Positions 63,505 through 64,000 of a stretch of 64,000 nucleotides of DNA are shown here, one piece after another. The notes under the pieces are model-generated. The model did not search any database and had not been told where the DNA came from. It saw only the letters and a list, made by a program, of their open reading frames with translations. This DNA comes from Bacteroidia bacterium (GTDB taxonomy: Bacteria; Bacteroidota; Bacteroidia; UKL13-3), in the NCBI GenBank assembly GCA_021740845.1, contig JAIOYZ010000005.1, positions 3,693 through 67,692 on the forward strand. Reading direction: 5' to 3'. Within the stretch, counting starts at the first letter, position 1, and every line of letters begins with the position of its first letter. The position numbers and the translations under genes were made by a program.

Positions 63505-64000
63505 TTGAATACCAAAGAAATCTTAATTGAACATCTTGAATCTGCGGAGGCTTTCGGGGTTCATCATCAAAACCTTAAAACTTTTGAAACTCACTTTCCT
63601 CAACTAAAAATTGTTGCGAGAGGAAACCAAGTAAATCTAAGGGGTAGTGAATTTGATATTTCACTTTTTGAAGAAAAATTTGAGCAAATGCTGAAGCTTA
63701 TAAGAAGGTTTGGAGCAATTACTGAGCTACAACTAGAAGGTATTTTTAGCGGCGATTCGGTTCAAACCGAAAAAACTGCAGCAGCTGAAAATATGGGACC
63801 ACAAGGAGATATTATTTTGTATGGAAACCATGCCAAAGTAATTAGAGCTAAAACTCCAAACCAAAGGAAGATGGTTTCATTGATGCAAAACAATGATATT
63901 CTTTTTGCTATTGGCCCAGCAGGAACAGGAAAAACTTATACTGCCGTAGCACTTGCAGTTAAGGCATTAAAAAATAAAGAAATTAAGCGAATCATTTTAG
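63505..64000 (+). CDS. phoH: PhoH-like ATPase, 5' part (runs off the window end)
   Basis: Walker A GPAGTGKTY near the window end. Frame is open back to a TTG at 63505 with no in-frame ATG, so the start is uncertain. Confidence 0.55.
   Translation, partial: MNTKEILIEHLESAEAFGVHHQNLKTFETHFPQLKIVARGNQVNLRGSEFDISLFEEKFEQMLKLIRRFGAITELQLEGIFSGDSVQTEKTAAAENMGPQGDIILYGNHAKVIRAKTPNQRKMVSLMQNNDILFAIGPAGTGKTYTAVALAVKALKNKEIKRIIL

Overview
This is an AT-rich chromosomal segment, roughly one-third GC by eye, that looks like a gliding Bacteroidota (Flavobacteriia-like) genome. The core content is housekeeping genes plus a complete porP-gldK-gldL-gldM-gldN type IX secretion/gliding motility operon. I found about 60 coding genes and four tRNAs: Gly-GCC, Leu-TAA, Lys-TTT and Val-TAC. 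There are no rRNA genes or CRISPR arrays. The strongest signal the gene map does not explain is a 16-bp dyad-symmetric motif, TTYGGTTYRAACCRAA, with core GGTTYRAACC. It occurs more than 20 times exactly, about two orders of magnitude above chance, mostly between genes but also inside coding sequences. The region 3.0-9.5 kb is a repeat-rich, very AT-rich accessory islet. It carries an S41-like lipoprotein peptidase, a prenyltransferase-repeat protein, a zinc-ribbon protein, a lipoprotein and a PIN toxin-antitoxin pair. These genes are stitched together by at least three families of mosaic intergenic repeats. Other oddities include microsatellites upstream of trxA and between gldK and gldL, and an orphan 7TM-type histidine kinase coupled by an ATGA overlap to a large outer-membrane protein. 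A gldN paralog is separated from gldN by a tRNA-Val with an adjacent tRNA-like remnant. A transposase remnant lies between the tRNA genes at 14.5-15.5 kb, and a second FtsX-like permease sits in an operon with an M23 peptidase. All coordinates and calls come from reading the sequence and ORF track by eye; no database searches were run.
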